64,000 nucleotides of DNA from Octopus vulgaris (taxonomy: Eukaryota): assembly GCA_951406725.2 (NCBI GenBank), contig OX597829.1, forward strand, positions 23,932,001 through 23,996,000, written 5' to 3'. Shown piece by piece: positions 1 through 12,525 of this stretch. The number at the start of each line of letters is the position of its first letter. Position 1 is the first letter of the stretch. A program made the position numbers and the translations under genes. Below the pieces are notes generated by a model. The model saw nothing but the letters and a program-made list of their open reading frames with translations, searched no databases and was not told the origin of the DNA.

Positions 1-177
1 TAATTAAGAAACATTTTAATTAGGAAAACAGTATTACTTTGTTGATGGGAGCTGTGGATTTTGTTGTTAGCGTTTTAATTTTTTAATTTATAATCCAAAC
101 ATTGTGGGTCGGTGAGTAAACAAAAATCAAAAAGCATTAATCCCAAGATCTAAATGAACTGGATTTGATGACAGTAA

Positions 178-312
178 AGAGTAATCTCAGGCACGCAGAT
201 GATATTGCTTTATTAATTTTCAACAGAGATTACTTAGTGAATCTTGTAGCTACAATAAATGACAGAGGAATGGAAAAGAATGTATGGAAATCAAAACAGC
301 TGGTGATCAGCA
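178..312 (+). mobile_element. Degenerate non-LTR (RTE-like) reverse transcriptase fragment
   Basis: Translates across frameshifts to SNLRHADDIALL...GMEKNVWKSKQLVIS, matching the NLRYADD...G..IN..KTK.MV pattern of non-LTR RTs. Confidence 0.55.
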
Positions 313-393
313 AAACGTGGCAATCATCTCAAAAGTGAATATTACAACTGAATGAAAGCTGGAATAGAAACACCAAACATAGTATGTCTAGAT

Positions 394-1215
394 CAGGGGT
401 GGGGAAACTTTTTAGTGCAGTGGGCAAAAATTTACAAAGAAAAAGGTCCACGGGCAGATCACAAGTTCTAACTCTTCTATCTATGTAAATCTTGTATATA
501 TATATCTATGTATAATTTGGTATACTTTAATTAAGATGAGTTTAATACATTAAATTAATACATAACATCTTCATTAACTCCGCCACTGAATTTAGGATGT
601 TTATATTACTTATGAGGCATTCTATGTTTCTCAGCTAGACTATAGTTGGGTCTCAAGGGGGTGGTACAAACTTAGCAATATGTGTTTTATAGTGATAACA
701 AAATTTCCATTCAAGTAGCAATTACTGGACAATTTTCTGTTTTAACAAAAACAATTGCAGCATGGAAGACGTTTTAGAAGCCATTTAACAACATGCAAAA
801 ACCGTTACATTCACTTCAACATTTAAATTTAATTTGCTAAAATATTTTCGTCGCTTTGAGATCGTGACCTTGATCACTAACAAAATTCCATGCTGCATTA
901 CGTGATGCAGCATGGAATTTTGTCAGTGATCAGGTCACGGTCTCAAAGCGACGAAAATATTTTAGTGAATATAACGGTTTTTGTGTGTTTTTAAATGGTT
1001 TATAAACACCTTCCATGCTGCATTTGTTTTTGTTTCAGTACCTGATCTCAGATCAGGTCACTTGCTATGCAAGTACATCTCCGTAATTTCTGTTTTAAGT
1101 CATAGTAAAAATGTAACCTAAGTCCCAAATAGGCATACGAGTATACCGGCCTGTGGGGGCAATAAAATGTGCTCGCAAGTGCATGCACTTGTGAGTGGGG
1201 TTTTCCCCACCCTTG
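394..1215. mobile_element. Non-autonomous hAT (Charlie-like) DNA transposon
   Basis: TIRs caggggtggggaaa / ttttccccacccttg. Perfect 8-bp TSD gtctagat at 386-393 and 1216-1223 (NTCTAGAN target). Confidence 0.85.
744..1034. repeat. Palindromic fold-back element (MITE-like) nested in the hAT element
   Basis: Outer arms aacaaaaacaattgcagcatggaag / cttccatgctgcatttgtttttgtt. Inner arms 837-899 and 904-965 are nearly perfectly complementary around acgt. Confidence 0.85.
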
Positions 1216-1282
1216 GTCTAGATGAATGAAATATATCTGATATCTGGGAAAGGTATGAAATATATCTGAAGGAGTGTATGGA

Positions 1283-1680
1283 ATCATCATCATCATCATC
1301 ATCATCGTTTAACGTCCGCTTTCCATGCTAGCATGGATTGGACGGTTCAACTGGGGTCTGGCAAGCCTGAAGGCTGCACCAGGCCAGTCAGATCTGGCAG
1401 TGTTTCTACAGCTGGATGCCCTTCCTAACGCCAACCACTCCGAGAGTGTAGTGGGTGATTTTATGTGCCACCGACACAAGTGCCAGACGAGGCTGGCAGA
1501 CGGTCACGCTCGGATGGTGTTTTTTTATGTGCCACCGACACAGGTGCCAGACGAGGCTGGCAGACGGCCACGCTCGGATGTTGTTTTCCGTGTTTTCTTA
1601 TGTGCCACCGACACAGGTGCCAGACGAGGCTGGCGAACGGCTACGATCGGATGGTGTTTGTTACGTGCCCACAGCACGGA
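1283..1680 (-). mobile_element. SINE-like element family C ((GAT)n tail) with three internal ~60-70 bp tandem units
   Basis: (cat)n-cgtttaacgtccgctttccatgctagcatgg...gctggatgcccttcctaacgccaaccac. The same module recurs at ~7490, 9625, 13410, 28400, 32932, 36815, 43690, 57318, 59560 and 63820. Confidence 0.85.
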
Positions 1681-1799
1681 ATATTTAATATCTAGGGAAT
1701 AATTGTGTCCACATGATTTTTGATTTGAAAGAGCATAAATTTAGTGGAAGGGAATAAATCATATCAATTCCAGTATTTGACTGGTATCTACTTTGTCTG

Positions 1800-2075
1800 T
1801 TTCCAAGACCAGCTCAAGGCCATTCTCCTCTGCTGCTGCATTGACCCAAGTGCATGGAAGACAATCACTAAGGACCACCCAAAGTGGCAGCATGTCATCA
1901 TGAAAGGGAAAGGACCAGATGGAAAACAACAGACACCAAGGGACAGAGATCAGACGTCAAAAACGCAAAGAACAACTTGCATTTACTTGTCCCCTGCCAA
2001 TCTTCCCCTGTGATAAATGCCTCCGGCTCTTCTATGCTACCCTTAGCCTAAACTGCCACTTCTGGCACCTTTCGC
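1800..2075 (+). mobile_element. RTE-clade LINE ORF2 C-terminal relic
   Basis: FQDQLKAILLCCCIDPSAWKTITKDHPKW...FPCDKCLRLFYATLSLNCH matches the KD.LK..LK...I....WE..A.DR..W plus C..C.R.F...L..H tail of RTE ORF2. Confidence 0.65.
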
Positions 2076-2137
2076 AGCCATCAGGATGAAGAGGCTGAAT
2101 CACTTGTTAATCAATTAGTTATTTGGCTACAATTTAA

Positions 2138-2322
2138 TACTCTATTTTACTCTTTTACTTGTTTCAGTCATGTGACTGTGGCCATGCTGGAGCACTGCCT
2201 TTAGCTGAGTAAATTGATTCCAGGACTTATTCTATGTAAATTCTATTGGTCTTTTTTGCTGAACCGCTATGTTACGGGGACGTAAACACACCAGCATCGG
2301 TTGTCAAGCGAAGTTGGGGGAA

Positions 2323-2372
<50 letters not shown>

Positions 2373-2555
2373 CACACATACATATCATATATGCAACAGG
2401 CTTCTTTCAGTTTCCGTCTGCCAAATCCACTCACAAGGCTTGGTCGGCCCGAGGCTATAGTAGAAGATACTTGCCCAAGGTGCCATGCAGTGGGACTGAA
2501 CCTGGAAACATGTGGTTAGTAAGCAAGCTACTTACCACACAGCCACTCCTACACC
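2138..2555 (-). mobile_element. tRNA-derived SINE family A
   Basis: Reverse complement of the 11062-11460 copy, with an internal CA/TA microsatellite. Confidence 0.9.
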
Positions 2556-3070
2556 ATGTGGATGACTTTGTCAAATTGCAAGGCTAAGCCACTTGAATAG
2601 TGTGCAACTTGTGGTTTTGAACATCATGCTATGTTTTAAGTAAATGGATGCAACGCTTTTGTAAAATTTTAAATCATATTCTGATATAGAGAGCTTAGTG
2701 TTGATTACATAGTATTCAAAATAAATTGAAGGATTAAATTATCATTTTTCGTTAGAAGCTTCTCATTGCAATTGTGCTATAGATTGTTATCTGCTCGGTT
2801 GTGTGATGATATTTTAGCAGAATTTCAAAGGAATAATTATACATTCGTTATCAGTATCCTGCCAATATTGAGTAATTAAGGAGGAGAGACAATAGAATAG
2901 TAGTTAGTATATGAGCGGTATCATAAGGTATGAGTTACTTAGAAGGATAGTTAATGTGATAGGGGTGGTGGCTGGGAGTAAGAGTGTAACATGAGTTTAT
3001 CAGTAATAGGCACACAGTCATTTAGTTGCAAACAAAGAAAACGGAAAAGGAGTGATGTAAAAAGAAGGTA

Positions 3071-3614
3071 TTGGGTTGTCCAGAAAGTTCATGCCGATTT
3101 TTAAAGGAAAGAAAAAGGTCAATAAATACTTGCCATTACATTTTTAATTAGCCAAATATGAATCATTTTGTTGCACAATACATCTCCATCTTTCCTTTAA
3201 CTTGAAAATACCCTCTTCCCTGAATTGAGGGGGTTTCATGGCAAATAATTCATCAAGGAATTGAAATTTTTACCATTAAGACTATTCTGCAGAGACCTGA
3301 ATATGTGGAAATCCGAAATAGCTATATCTGGTGAATATGGAGGGTGAGGTAACACATCCCAGCTCAGCTGCGACAATATTTGTCTGGTTCCCAAAGCATC
3401 AAGTTCCGAAAATGAACTTTCTTATCTTCCATTTTAGAGGGTTACAGAATTAACACAGGTTATAGGAACATAAACCTTCTTCCACGAAAAGATAGCTTAA
3501 ACTGTGCTCTAAATGGAGGTGTAGTCAAATCCTATTTTATGGACTCAACCATTTTCTAAAATAAGTCGAAAGGTAAGCTACTATAAATCAGCACGAACTT
3601 TCCGGACAACCCAA
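3071..3614 (-). mobile_element. Internally deleted mariner element (544 bp)
   Basis: 30-bp TIRs ttgggttgtccagaaagttcatgccgattt / aaatcagcacgaactttccggacaacccaa flanked by TA. Minus strand encodes WDVLPHPPYSPDIAISDFHIFRSLQNSLNGKNF (mariner YSPDLAPSD motif). Confidence 0.9.
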
Positions 3615-4290
3615 TACATTTATGATGATATTGGGTAAATTATGCTGTGTTAATTTACAATTGACCATTGGGTCACTTTTTGTCATGGCTTTCAGAAATT
3701 CAAATAGCTAACTGTGCCTCATATTTTGCTGTTCATACACATGTACCCACACATTGTGTGTGTGTGTGAGTAAGAGAGGGAGAGACTAACTTTTGTACAA
3801 TTCCCACAGTCTTCATTTACTAATATTACCCAGAGATATTGACCAAATACTGAGACTGTGGTAGAAGATACTTGTTCATTATACTATGCAATGGAATTGA
3901 ATCTGAATTTATGTGGTAACAAATTTCTCAGTCATGCAACCATATCTGCACCTATGCTAGAGGTCAATAATTTTTGATCAATAATAATGTTGAACAGATT
4001 ATTTCTGCTTTCAAATAGATATATTCAGCTGTATGTTTACATACATACAATTGGATGTACTCAGTGCACGACAGTTATTTCACTCAGATTTTGACTCTTA
4101 TTGTTAACTGTACCAAACTCCCGCTGCTACATATTCGCATGGGGTTCTGTGCAGTCTGAGGTGGGCTACAATATAATATAAGAGCACATCAAGAATGAGA
4201 GAGAAGAATGTGTGTATTTGTGTATTTGCCTCAGTTTTGGCAGGACTTCCTATGGGCTGGATGCCATTCCAAATGCTTATCCCTTTAGAG

Positions 4291-4942
4291 CAGTGATTCT
4301 CAACCGTTTTTTACTTGTAGAGCCATTTTATTCTGGTGGACCCTCTCACGTACACACCTAGCTATTCAATGCTTAAAAACTAATTTTATAGATACTTCTT
4401 TCAAAACTATTTTGTTTTCCTCACTTTAACTTGTGTAGGCTGGTTTATGTAAAATGTTAGAGATAGTTATATTTTGGGATGGTAATTTATTATTGTTCTT
4501 ATTTAATTTTGTGTCCATTGTCCGAAATTCTTTTGTAACAAATCTGTGATCTCTTCAGCAACTCTTTCATCCACATGTTTTGTTTAGCCCATTGTGTTAT
4601 CTCCACACATTGGACATAAAATAAAATAAGAACAATAAACAAGTCAAGAATAAATATATATGCATGTGTTTATTTGGCAAGAAAAAAAAAAAAAGACCAT
4701 CCCAAAATATAGCAATATCTTGCTTCAACACACAATTTCACATCAAGAATCTTGCAAAACAAATTCATAAACGTCAGAGGAAGAAACTTAGCTTTTTCTT
4801 GTAGAAACAGCTGAACAGGTCTATAGAAAATTTTTTCCATGGACCCTTAAAATAATATTGAGGACCCAATTTACAATTTTGTGCATGTTGACTCTGCAAA
4901 AATCTTATATGGACAACCTCACTTCTCAGTTGAGAATAACTA
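4291..4942. mobile_element. Non-autonomous hAT element inserted into an old family C SINE
   Basis: TIRs cagtgattctcaac / gttgagaataacta. 8-bp TSD ctttagag at 4283-4290 and 4943-4950. The flanks rejoin as a family C sequence. Confidence 0.8.
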
Positions 4943-5645
4943 CTTTAGAGTGTGTACTGGGTGCTTTTTTTGTATCCATGACACTGGTACTAGAAAGGTC
5001 ACTTTGTAAGGGGCAAGACTAAAGAACTGCCACATTTGATAAAAGAAATGAGAGAGGAGGAGGAGGATTTTAAGTGATGTGATGAAAGGGTTAATGAGGG
5101 GAACAGATTTATTGTTGTGAGGGTAGTGGTTGTGGGGAGGAGAGATGAGGGTGATAGAAGGGAGTATGTAGGAGGTGATCAAGTGCTATCCCATGTTAAG
5201 GGAGGTAAATATGGCCATAGGGTGAAGTGGGTGGGCCATAGGGTAGAGAATGAGGGAACGAGATGAGAGCAAGGAGAGTCCAGAGAAGCTGTCGGGGGGG
5301 GGGGGACATTACAAATATAAGGACTAAAGGATATGGTGGTAGTAGAGTGGGGGGAGAGATGAATGTTGAGATAGCAAAGCTGTGAGGAAAGAATGGTTAA
5401 AGATGGTGGGGGGGGGGTAGAAAAGGTGAGATGGGAAAGGGTGTTGGGAGGGCAGTACATTAAGGGAGAGGAGAGAGAGAGAAAGAGGGGGATGGAGATG
5501 GTGGGAAGCTGTGAGGAAGCATGGTGTGAGAAGAAAACCATGGAAATGGTGGGAGAGAGCAGAACAGAGTATGGATGCAGATAAAGCATCCCAAGAGAAA
5601 AGAAGGTAAAAAGTGAGTAATTGGTCAATGAATGAATGAATACCA

Positions 5646-5694
<49 letters not shown>

Positions 5695-7044
5695 TATAAG
5701 AGGCTATAGTAGAAGACACTTGCCCAAGGTGCCATGCAGTGGGACTGAACCCGGAACCATGTGGTTGGTAAGTAAGCTATATATGTGTGTCTCTGTTTGT
5801 TCTCCCGCCACCACCACCACTTGACAACTGGTGCCAATGTGTTTACTTCCCTGTAACCTTGCAGTTCAGCAAAAGACATCAATAGAATATGTACCAATCT
5901 TTAAAGAAAAGAAAAAAAAATATGGCGGTGGGGGTGCAATTCATAAGACTAAGACCTCTTCAAAGCAGTGCCCCAGCATGACCACAGTCTAATGACTGCA
6001 ATGAGTAAAAGATAAAAGACAAAAATGATTAGTTTTTCTTTCCCTGTCTGCCCCACCCCTCTACACAAACCTTGATTTACTAATTTTAATAATTTCATTT
6101 TATTTACTTTCAATATTCTAAATTAGCTTTTAATACTCTAGTCATCTGATATAACTGCCTTTGGTGAAATAAGTTTCAGGTTTCCTGCTTCTGTGAAGAT
6201 TTGTGTTTGAACATGTATTGTATGTTCAAAGAATCTTCTGACATATTTTTTGAGTTTTGAGTGTTTTTTTTTTTTTTTTTGTTTGATGCCATTTTCATAA
6301 ACTTCGGTGTTAATATTTTTCCTAATGTTTCATTTTAGCTGCAAAAATACTTATGAAACACTTTTTTTTTTGTTTGTTTTCCTTTCTTATTTTTTTTATA
6401 ATTCTTGAATTTTTTAGATGTGATTTCTTTTCCTTAAACCACTAATTTCTCTTAATCATTTTACCTCCTTTAAATTCTCTCTCTCTCCCTCTCTTTCCTT
6501 CTCTCTCACTTCCTCCCTCCTCTCTTCCTCACTCTTTCCTCCCTTACTTTCTCCACCCTCGCTCTCTCCACCCTCGCTCTCTCCTCCCTTGCTCTCCCCA
6601 CCCTCGCTCTCTCCTCCCTCGCTCTCTCCCCCCGTCGCTTTCTTACTGTGTTTCTCAATCTGTCCCTCTCACTCCCTTTAACTCTTACTTTTTCTCCTCT
6701 CATCTTATTCTCTCCACTTCTTTCTCTTTTTCTTTCTACATTAGTATTTAAATAATCTCTAAGTGTCTTTATTTCTCTCCAGTAAAAATTCTTGCTCCTA
6801 CAATATGTTACCCTTAAAAATAGTAATTTAGTTGATTAAGTGACCCCAAGGAATTCTCATTTCAGCTTGTTTTATTAATGAAAGGAAATTAGTTCGATGT
6901 AGGCATAGCTGTGTGGGTAACAAGCCTGTTTCATAACCCTGGGATTCTTGGTTTGATTCCATTGTGTGTCTTGTACAATAGTCTGGAGGGGCCAGTATCT
7001 TGTGGGTGGGATTTGATAGAAACTATGCAGATATTTGTTTTGAA

Positions 7045-7276
7045 GGCAGCGAGCTGGCAGAAACGTTAGCACGCCGGGCGAAATGCTTAGTGGTATTTCA
7101 TCTGCCGCTACGTTCTGAGTTCAAATTCCGCCGAGGTTAACTTTGCCTTTCATCCTTTCGGGGTCAAATAAGTACCAGTTACGCACTGGGGTCGATATAA
7201 TCGACTTAATCCGTTTGTCTGTCCTTGTTTGTCCCCTCTGTGTTTAGCCCCTTGTGGGCAATAAAGAAATAAGAAA
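7045..7276 (+). mobile_element. SINE family B (GGCGGCGAGCTGGCAGAA head; ctttgcctttcatcctttcggggtc core)
   Basis: B-box-like gagttcaaattcc. Many copies in the window (19568-20650, ~21945, ~24345, ~26420, ~29312, 44540-45830, ~48330, ~53066, 60413). Confidence 0.85.
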
Positions 7277-8337
7277 TTTGTTTTCAGCATGAGTGTGTGT
7301 GTCTTTTGCCTTTGTATATTGGCGCAGGGTATAAACATCAATGACAAAAACCATTAAATCAGTGCACTTCAATAAAGTCCTTTGTGATAATTGTTCAGCA
7401 CCAAATCCCATACTTCCTTATCACTTGTCACCTCAATAAACATAATGATTCGATGATTGATCTATTGCAACCACTGATGCTATTCAACATCATCATCATC
7501 ATTTGATGGCTGTTTTACATGCAGGCATGTGTTGGACAGTTTGACAGGAGCTGACCAGTAGAAGAGCTGTTCAGGCTCCATGTCTGTTTTGGCATGGTTT
7601 CTATGGCTTGATACCCTTCCTAATGCCAACCACTTTACAGTGTGTACTGGGTGCTATTACACAGTATTGGCATGGGTGCTTTTTATGTGACACCAGTACC
7701 TATTAGTCACTAACTCCAATATTAAAGCAAAAACCACCAACATGACCCTTCACTGCCTCCATTATCTTCATACAATTCCAGGATTCCTTGTCAAGATGCT
7801 ATGACTAGAGCATGCTGATTTTTATTTAGTGTTGCCAGAAATAGCAAGTAAACTTCCCTCATGTCACACCCTGACTACCACATAGTTATTAGAATGTTAT
7901 CATTTACTGCTATTAGTTTTTGTTAAAAATAGCACCAAAATTTCCCTCATATTTTAGAAAAAGAAGGTTGTATTAAATAATATGCAGTCCTTGCATACAT
8001 AGTATTTTTGAAAAAGATGGAATCATCATGGTTGGAATATCCTTGAACATAATTCTTCATCTTGTCCCATCCTTGGGTTAAACAGCATCAAGAGTGTTCA
8101 AACTGGCAACAACTTGCATGAATTATAATGAAAGCAGCTGCATTTCTTCAAATTGCATTCTTACCCTCTTAAAAATAAAAATAAAATATTGGGTAATGTA
8201 TTCCTAGATATACTGCACCTGAAAAAGGAAAAGCAAATTGAATAGTCATAACTGGAATGTATTTTACCATAGTGCTTCTGAATCTGGTGTAAAGAACAAT
8301 CCAGAAGATTTCAATTAATACTGATCTAGACTTTTGT

Positions 8338-8770
8338 ATCATCATCAGCATAATCATTACTTTAATGTCCACTTTTCCATGCTTATATGGATTGGACGAA
8401 ATTTGTTGAGGTAGATTTTACTACTACGATGCCCTTCCTGTCACCAACCCTCACCTGGTTCTAAGTATGGTAATGTTTCCCCTTGACTAGACATGTTTTC
8501 ACAGAAGATTGGAAACGGACATTGTTTGTATGACTGAGACATTCATTTACAACTATTAGGTGATGTCAAAACATGGAGACCCCAGTTCACACACACTCTC
8601 ACATACACGAGGGGCTTCTTTCAGTTTCTGTCTGAAAAATCTACTCACAAGGCTTTGCTTGATCTGGGGCTATAACTGACGACACTTGCTAAAGTGCCAC
8701 ACAGTAGAACTGAACCTGAAACAAAATGGTTGTAAACCAAGTTTCTTAATCACCCATCCATGCTTGTGCC
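8338..8770 (-). mobile_element. Old chimeric SINE: family A head, distinct body, family C-like (GAT)n tail
   Basis: 8610-8770 resembles the family A head (reverse complement). 8340-8450 resembles the family C tail (gatgcccttcctgtcaccaac). Confidence 0.6.
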
Positions 8771-8916
8771 TTTTAAAAAAATTTTCTGTTTTTCTAAGAT
8801 AGTTTACGAAACTTGAATTTTTACTGCTCATATTACTTTTTAAGCTTAAAATTGCTGCAATTTTATATAAACCAATTTGTTTATAAACTTAAAAGCTCTA
8901 TATTTCTATTTTTCAG

Positions 8917-8974
8917 AGCAAGAAGAAGTAGAGGGTGATTCTGTGAAGAAATTGGTCTTAGAACCATTAGAAAG
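8917..8974 (+). CDS. Internal coding exon A (58 nt) of an uncharacterised host gene
   Basis: Acceptor ctatttttcag, donor AG|gtaatt. Reads (x)AG-QEEVEGDSVKKLVLEPLE-AG with no stop. Its phase-2 end fits the start of exon B. Confidence 0.7.
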
Positions 8975-9954
8975 GTAATTCTTTTTAAAAATTAAAAAAA
9001 ATTTTTTTTACTGAAATGTTATGTTTACTGAGTCTTTGGAATCGACTGTATCCAAAAACTGATAATATTGATTTCTTTACAAGGCACTTGGCCAGTTCTA
9101 CAAGCAAAGCAAATATAGATGACTGAGAAACTATTATATGACTAACTGCTATTTATTTTATCAACTGCAAATAGAGTATATGTCAAAAGTTGTTCTCCCT
9201 TCTTTAAAATATTCTTAGTCTTTCAAATTCTTCAGTTACAATTCTATTCATATATAACATGTTAATGTATGTGTGAATTTTTACAGTTTGTATGTATGTA
9301 TGTCATTATTCAGTTTTATTTCAAGATTTCTTGCCAAGGAGCCAGTTTCTAACCTAGATCCAAGGCTCTTTCCTTGGAATTTCAACATCTACAGAGCATT
9401 TTTGTATATATTTATGTATATGTGTAAATTTTTATGTTTTCTTTTATGTATGTATTCTCATGAATATAGCTGCATATCTAGACATGCTCATATATACATA
9501 AATGATAAACTTTTGGAAAGTTTTACAGATTTTTACAGTTCCAGTGATGGCTTGTGTCTGTAGTTTTTGAATCAGTTTCTCCTTTCTGGTTTTGTATGTA
9601 GGAGTAAATATGTTGGTGTGCTTATCATCATTATTATCATTTGTTTAACACCCATTTTCCATGCTAGCATGTGTTGGATGGTTTGACTGAGATCTGGAGA
9701 GCCAGCAGCTGCACCAGGCTCCAATCTGATCTGGCAATATTTCTATAGCTGGATGCCCTTCCTAACGCCAACCACTCTGAGAGTGTAGTGGGTGCTTTTT
9801 GCATGCCAATAGCGTAGGCACCAGTCAGATGGGCCTGGCATTGATCACATTCGGATAGTGCTTTTTATGTGCCACTGGCATGGGGGCCAGTCAGCAGGTA
9901 CTGGCATCGGCCACATTCAGATTTTGTAGCTTTAAGTATATATATATATATATA

Positions 9955-10780
9955 CTTAAAGCGGCAAAATTTTTGCAAAACTGTTACTCGGTTTCATATT
10001 CTCATTTGTTATGATGAATACTGTATTCATCACAACTGTCAAATGATCAAGAGCATGAAACTCTGAGTAAGTTTTGTGAAAATTTTGTAGCTTTAATAAA
10101 AGCATATTACACTGCCATTGGTATTTGAGTACTATTTTTTCCATCTTGTTTTGCATTTATGTGCTTATTTGCGTGTGTGCATAGGTATATATATATATAA
10201 AAAAATGGAGAAAACCACAGATTAACCAACACATCACTTGGACCAGATTTATAGCTTATTTTTTGATACAAAGCATGACATAACAAAATAGGTGACGTAA
10301 CATATCTTACGGCTGTTACTGATCAGTTGCCAAAATGCAGTCTATACATAAATGCAGGAATAAAATTCTTCATCTTCATAGGGCATTCGAATTAAGGCAA
10401 CAGATCATCAGAGTAAAAAACAAGAGCATCAGGGGCTACAGGGTCAGTAGATAAGTCTTTTACCTACCGACCCTGTAGCTCCTGATGATAAATTATTTGC
10501 TCTTCAGTAATGGCTGTAAGATATGTTACATCGCCTATTTTGTTATGTAATGCTTTGTATTAAAAAATAACCTATAAATGTGGTCCAATAGATGTGTTGG
10601 TTAATCTGAGGTTTTCTCCATTTTCTAATTATTTGCATTGGTTCCTGATAAACTCTTGTTTATCCTGTTGTTATCTGCACTCTAAGTGTATGGTATGCCT
10701 GCTCACCAATCCCCAGGGATAATACAGCTAATGGATACCAATAGTATATATCGATATTTTATCCCTTAGTTGGTTGCTAT
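9955..10780. mobile_element. Penelope-like terminal-repeat fragments with inverted duplication
   Basis: ~120-bp inverted repeat 10201-10321 / 10504-10624, inner hairpin 10427-10488 and decayed hammerhead remnants. 10050-10165 is the reverse complement of the 43140-43255 family. Confidence 0.55.
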
Positions 10781-11061
10781 AATTGCTAACTCTGTTTACA
10801 CACATACACACACAAATATAACTAAATTTCAAGAGAACAAATTTCAAAGGTCAGTCTTCATATTCATTCAATATATTCCAAAGCGTTGGAATACTCCACA
10901 GCATACATGGGTGCAGTCATATAAAAATTTATAAATATATAAAAATACATAAATGTACTTGAGAAGTTGTATGTCCATATTAAAATCAATGAGGATATTA
11001 AAATATGCAGATAGTGAATGTATTGCAGTAATCCATATAGATGAGAAAGTTAGTATATATA

Positions 11062-11460
11062 GGCGCAGGAGTGGCTGTGTGGTAAGTAGCTTGCTAACCA
11101 ACCACATGGTTCCGGGTTCAGTCCCACTGCGTGGCACCTTGGGCAAGTATCTTCTGCTATAGCCTCAGGCTGACCAAAGCCTTGTGAGTGGATTTGGTAG
11201 ACGGAAACTGAAAGAAGCCTGTCATATATATATGTATGTGTTGTGTGTGTTTGTGTGTCTGTGTTTGTCCCCCTAGCATTGCTTGACAACCGATGCTGGT
11301 GTGTTTACGTCCCTGTCACTTAGCGGTTCGGCAAAAGAGACCGATAGAATAAGTACTGGGCTTACAAAGAATAAGTCCCGGGGTCGATTTGCTCGACTAA
11401 AGGCGGTGCTCCAGCATGGCCGCAGTCAAATGACTGAAACAAGTAAAAGAGTAAATGAGT
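11062..11460 (+). mobile_element. Full-length tRNA-derived SINE family A
   Basis: Head ggcgcaggagtggctgtgtggtaag (A box) and ggttcagtccc (B box), central TA/TG microsatellite, GTAAAAGA tail. Confidence 0.92.
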
Positions 11461-11579
11461 ATAAAATGATTTTAAAAGGAATCTTGAGCAGGTGCAAAGT
11501 CTGATGGCCGTATCGAGAAGATATAGGTTGGTATGGGTGAGTTATATATATATATATATAAATATATATTTATCATAAT

Positions 11580-12363
11580 GAGATAAAAAAAAAAAACAAG
11601 GCTGTGTAGACTTTAGAACATTTATAAATAGGTCTTACAGCTGTTTCTAGGATATTTATTATATCCCTTCAACTGAGACGGTGTGAGAAAATGGTTAAGC
11701 AATAGTTAATTTAGATAAGATACGAAATAGAGAGTGAGGTGGAGGAATGAGAATAGATGTGAGATATGCATTTGTAGATCCATTATTTAGGCAGAATGGT
11801 ATACCTATAAGATTTCAATACCTTATGAGCAAAATCCAATAGTATTTAAAATTGGTCATTCCAAGTATAGAGTTTATACACAGTGTTATTGAATCAAGTG
11901 TTTTATTTAAAGTGACATTTGAGTATAAGTGAGGAATTAGATAGGGATTAGTAGTTAAAATGTAGATTTATAAGGTTATTGGGATTACCTAAGGGGTATT
12001 GTGGAAATATACTTTATGGTCATTTAAGCATTTGGATTTGTGATAAAATTTGAATGTGTGAAAAAAGCAGTGGTTGCATGTGCTTAGTACCTCATTATGT
12101 TTATTTAGCAGTGCTGGAGAGTTGTGCTTTAATATGTGAAGTGCCTCCTTCAGGCAAAACTTGTAGGTTGACCGTTGACCTCGGTAGGGAAGCCAAGAGT
12201 CCAGTATGGACCATGACAGAGTATAGGGTATATTTGTATTTTGTATGTGGTTGGCGAGTGTTATAGATTTATCGTATCTAAAAGAATTGTCATGGCTGGC
12301 TAGAGAGTGACCATTGGTTTTGCACCTAGGCGACACATCAGACTCAAATGGATGGAGGCACAT
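11580..12363 (-). mobile_element. Penelope-like element 3' fragment: GIY-YIG endonuclease C-terminus followed by terminal repeat
   Basis: ORF 11989-12363: SHDNSFRY..ITLANHI...YTLSWSIL...PY....KFCLKEALHIL...LLNKHNEVLSTCNH fits the H..SF..T.LS.HIW..W.IL..PY..C.LCL.EK..I..LNKR.E...CRH pattern of PLE endonucleases. A hammerhead-like motif lies downstream. Confidence 0.75.
11632..11679 (-). ncRNA. Degenerate minimal hammerhead ribozyme motif (PLE type)
   Basis: gtct-CAGTTGA-agggatat aataa atatcct-a-GAAA-cagctg-TA-agac. Helix I gtct/agac, helix II ggatat/atatcc, palindromic helix III ACAGCTGT. The CUGANGA box is mutated. Confidence 0.65.
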
Positions 12364-12525
12364 AAACTCTCTACAACTAAAAGGAATCTGACAAGTTGCT
12401 TATACAGCTAAGCATTTTATAGGTGCAAAACCAAGACAGATGTGTACATGCATGCATACACACACACACACATACAATGACAGTTTAGGGAAGAGTTTAC
12501 TTACATGATTTACTCAAGTAAGACA

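Noticed and set aside
11062-11135. tRNA genes at SINE heads (also 25472 and 30908)
   Set aside because: A and B boxes are present, but the sequences run into SINE bodies and do not form a complete cloverleaf.
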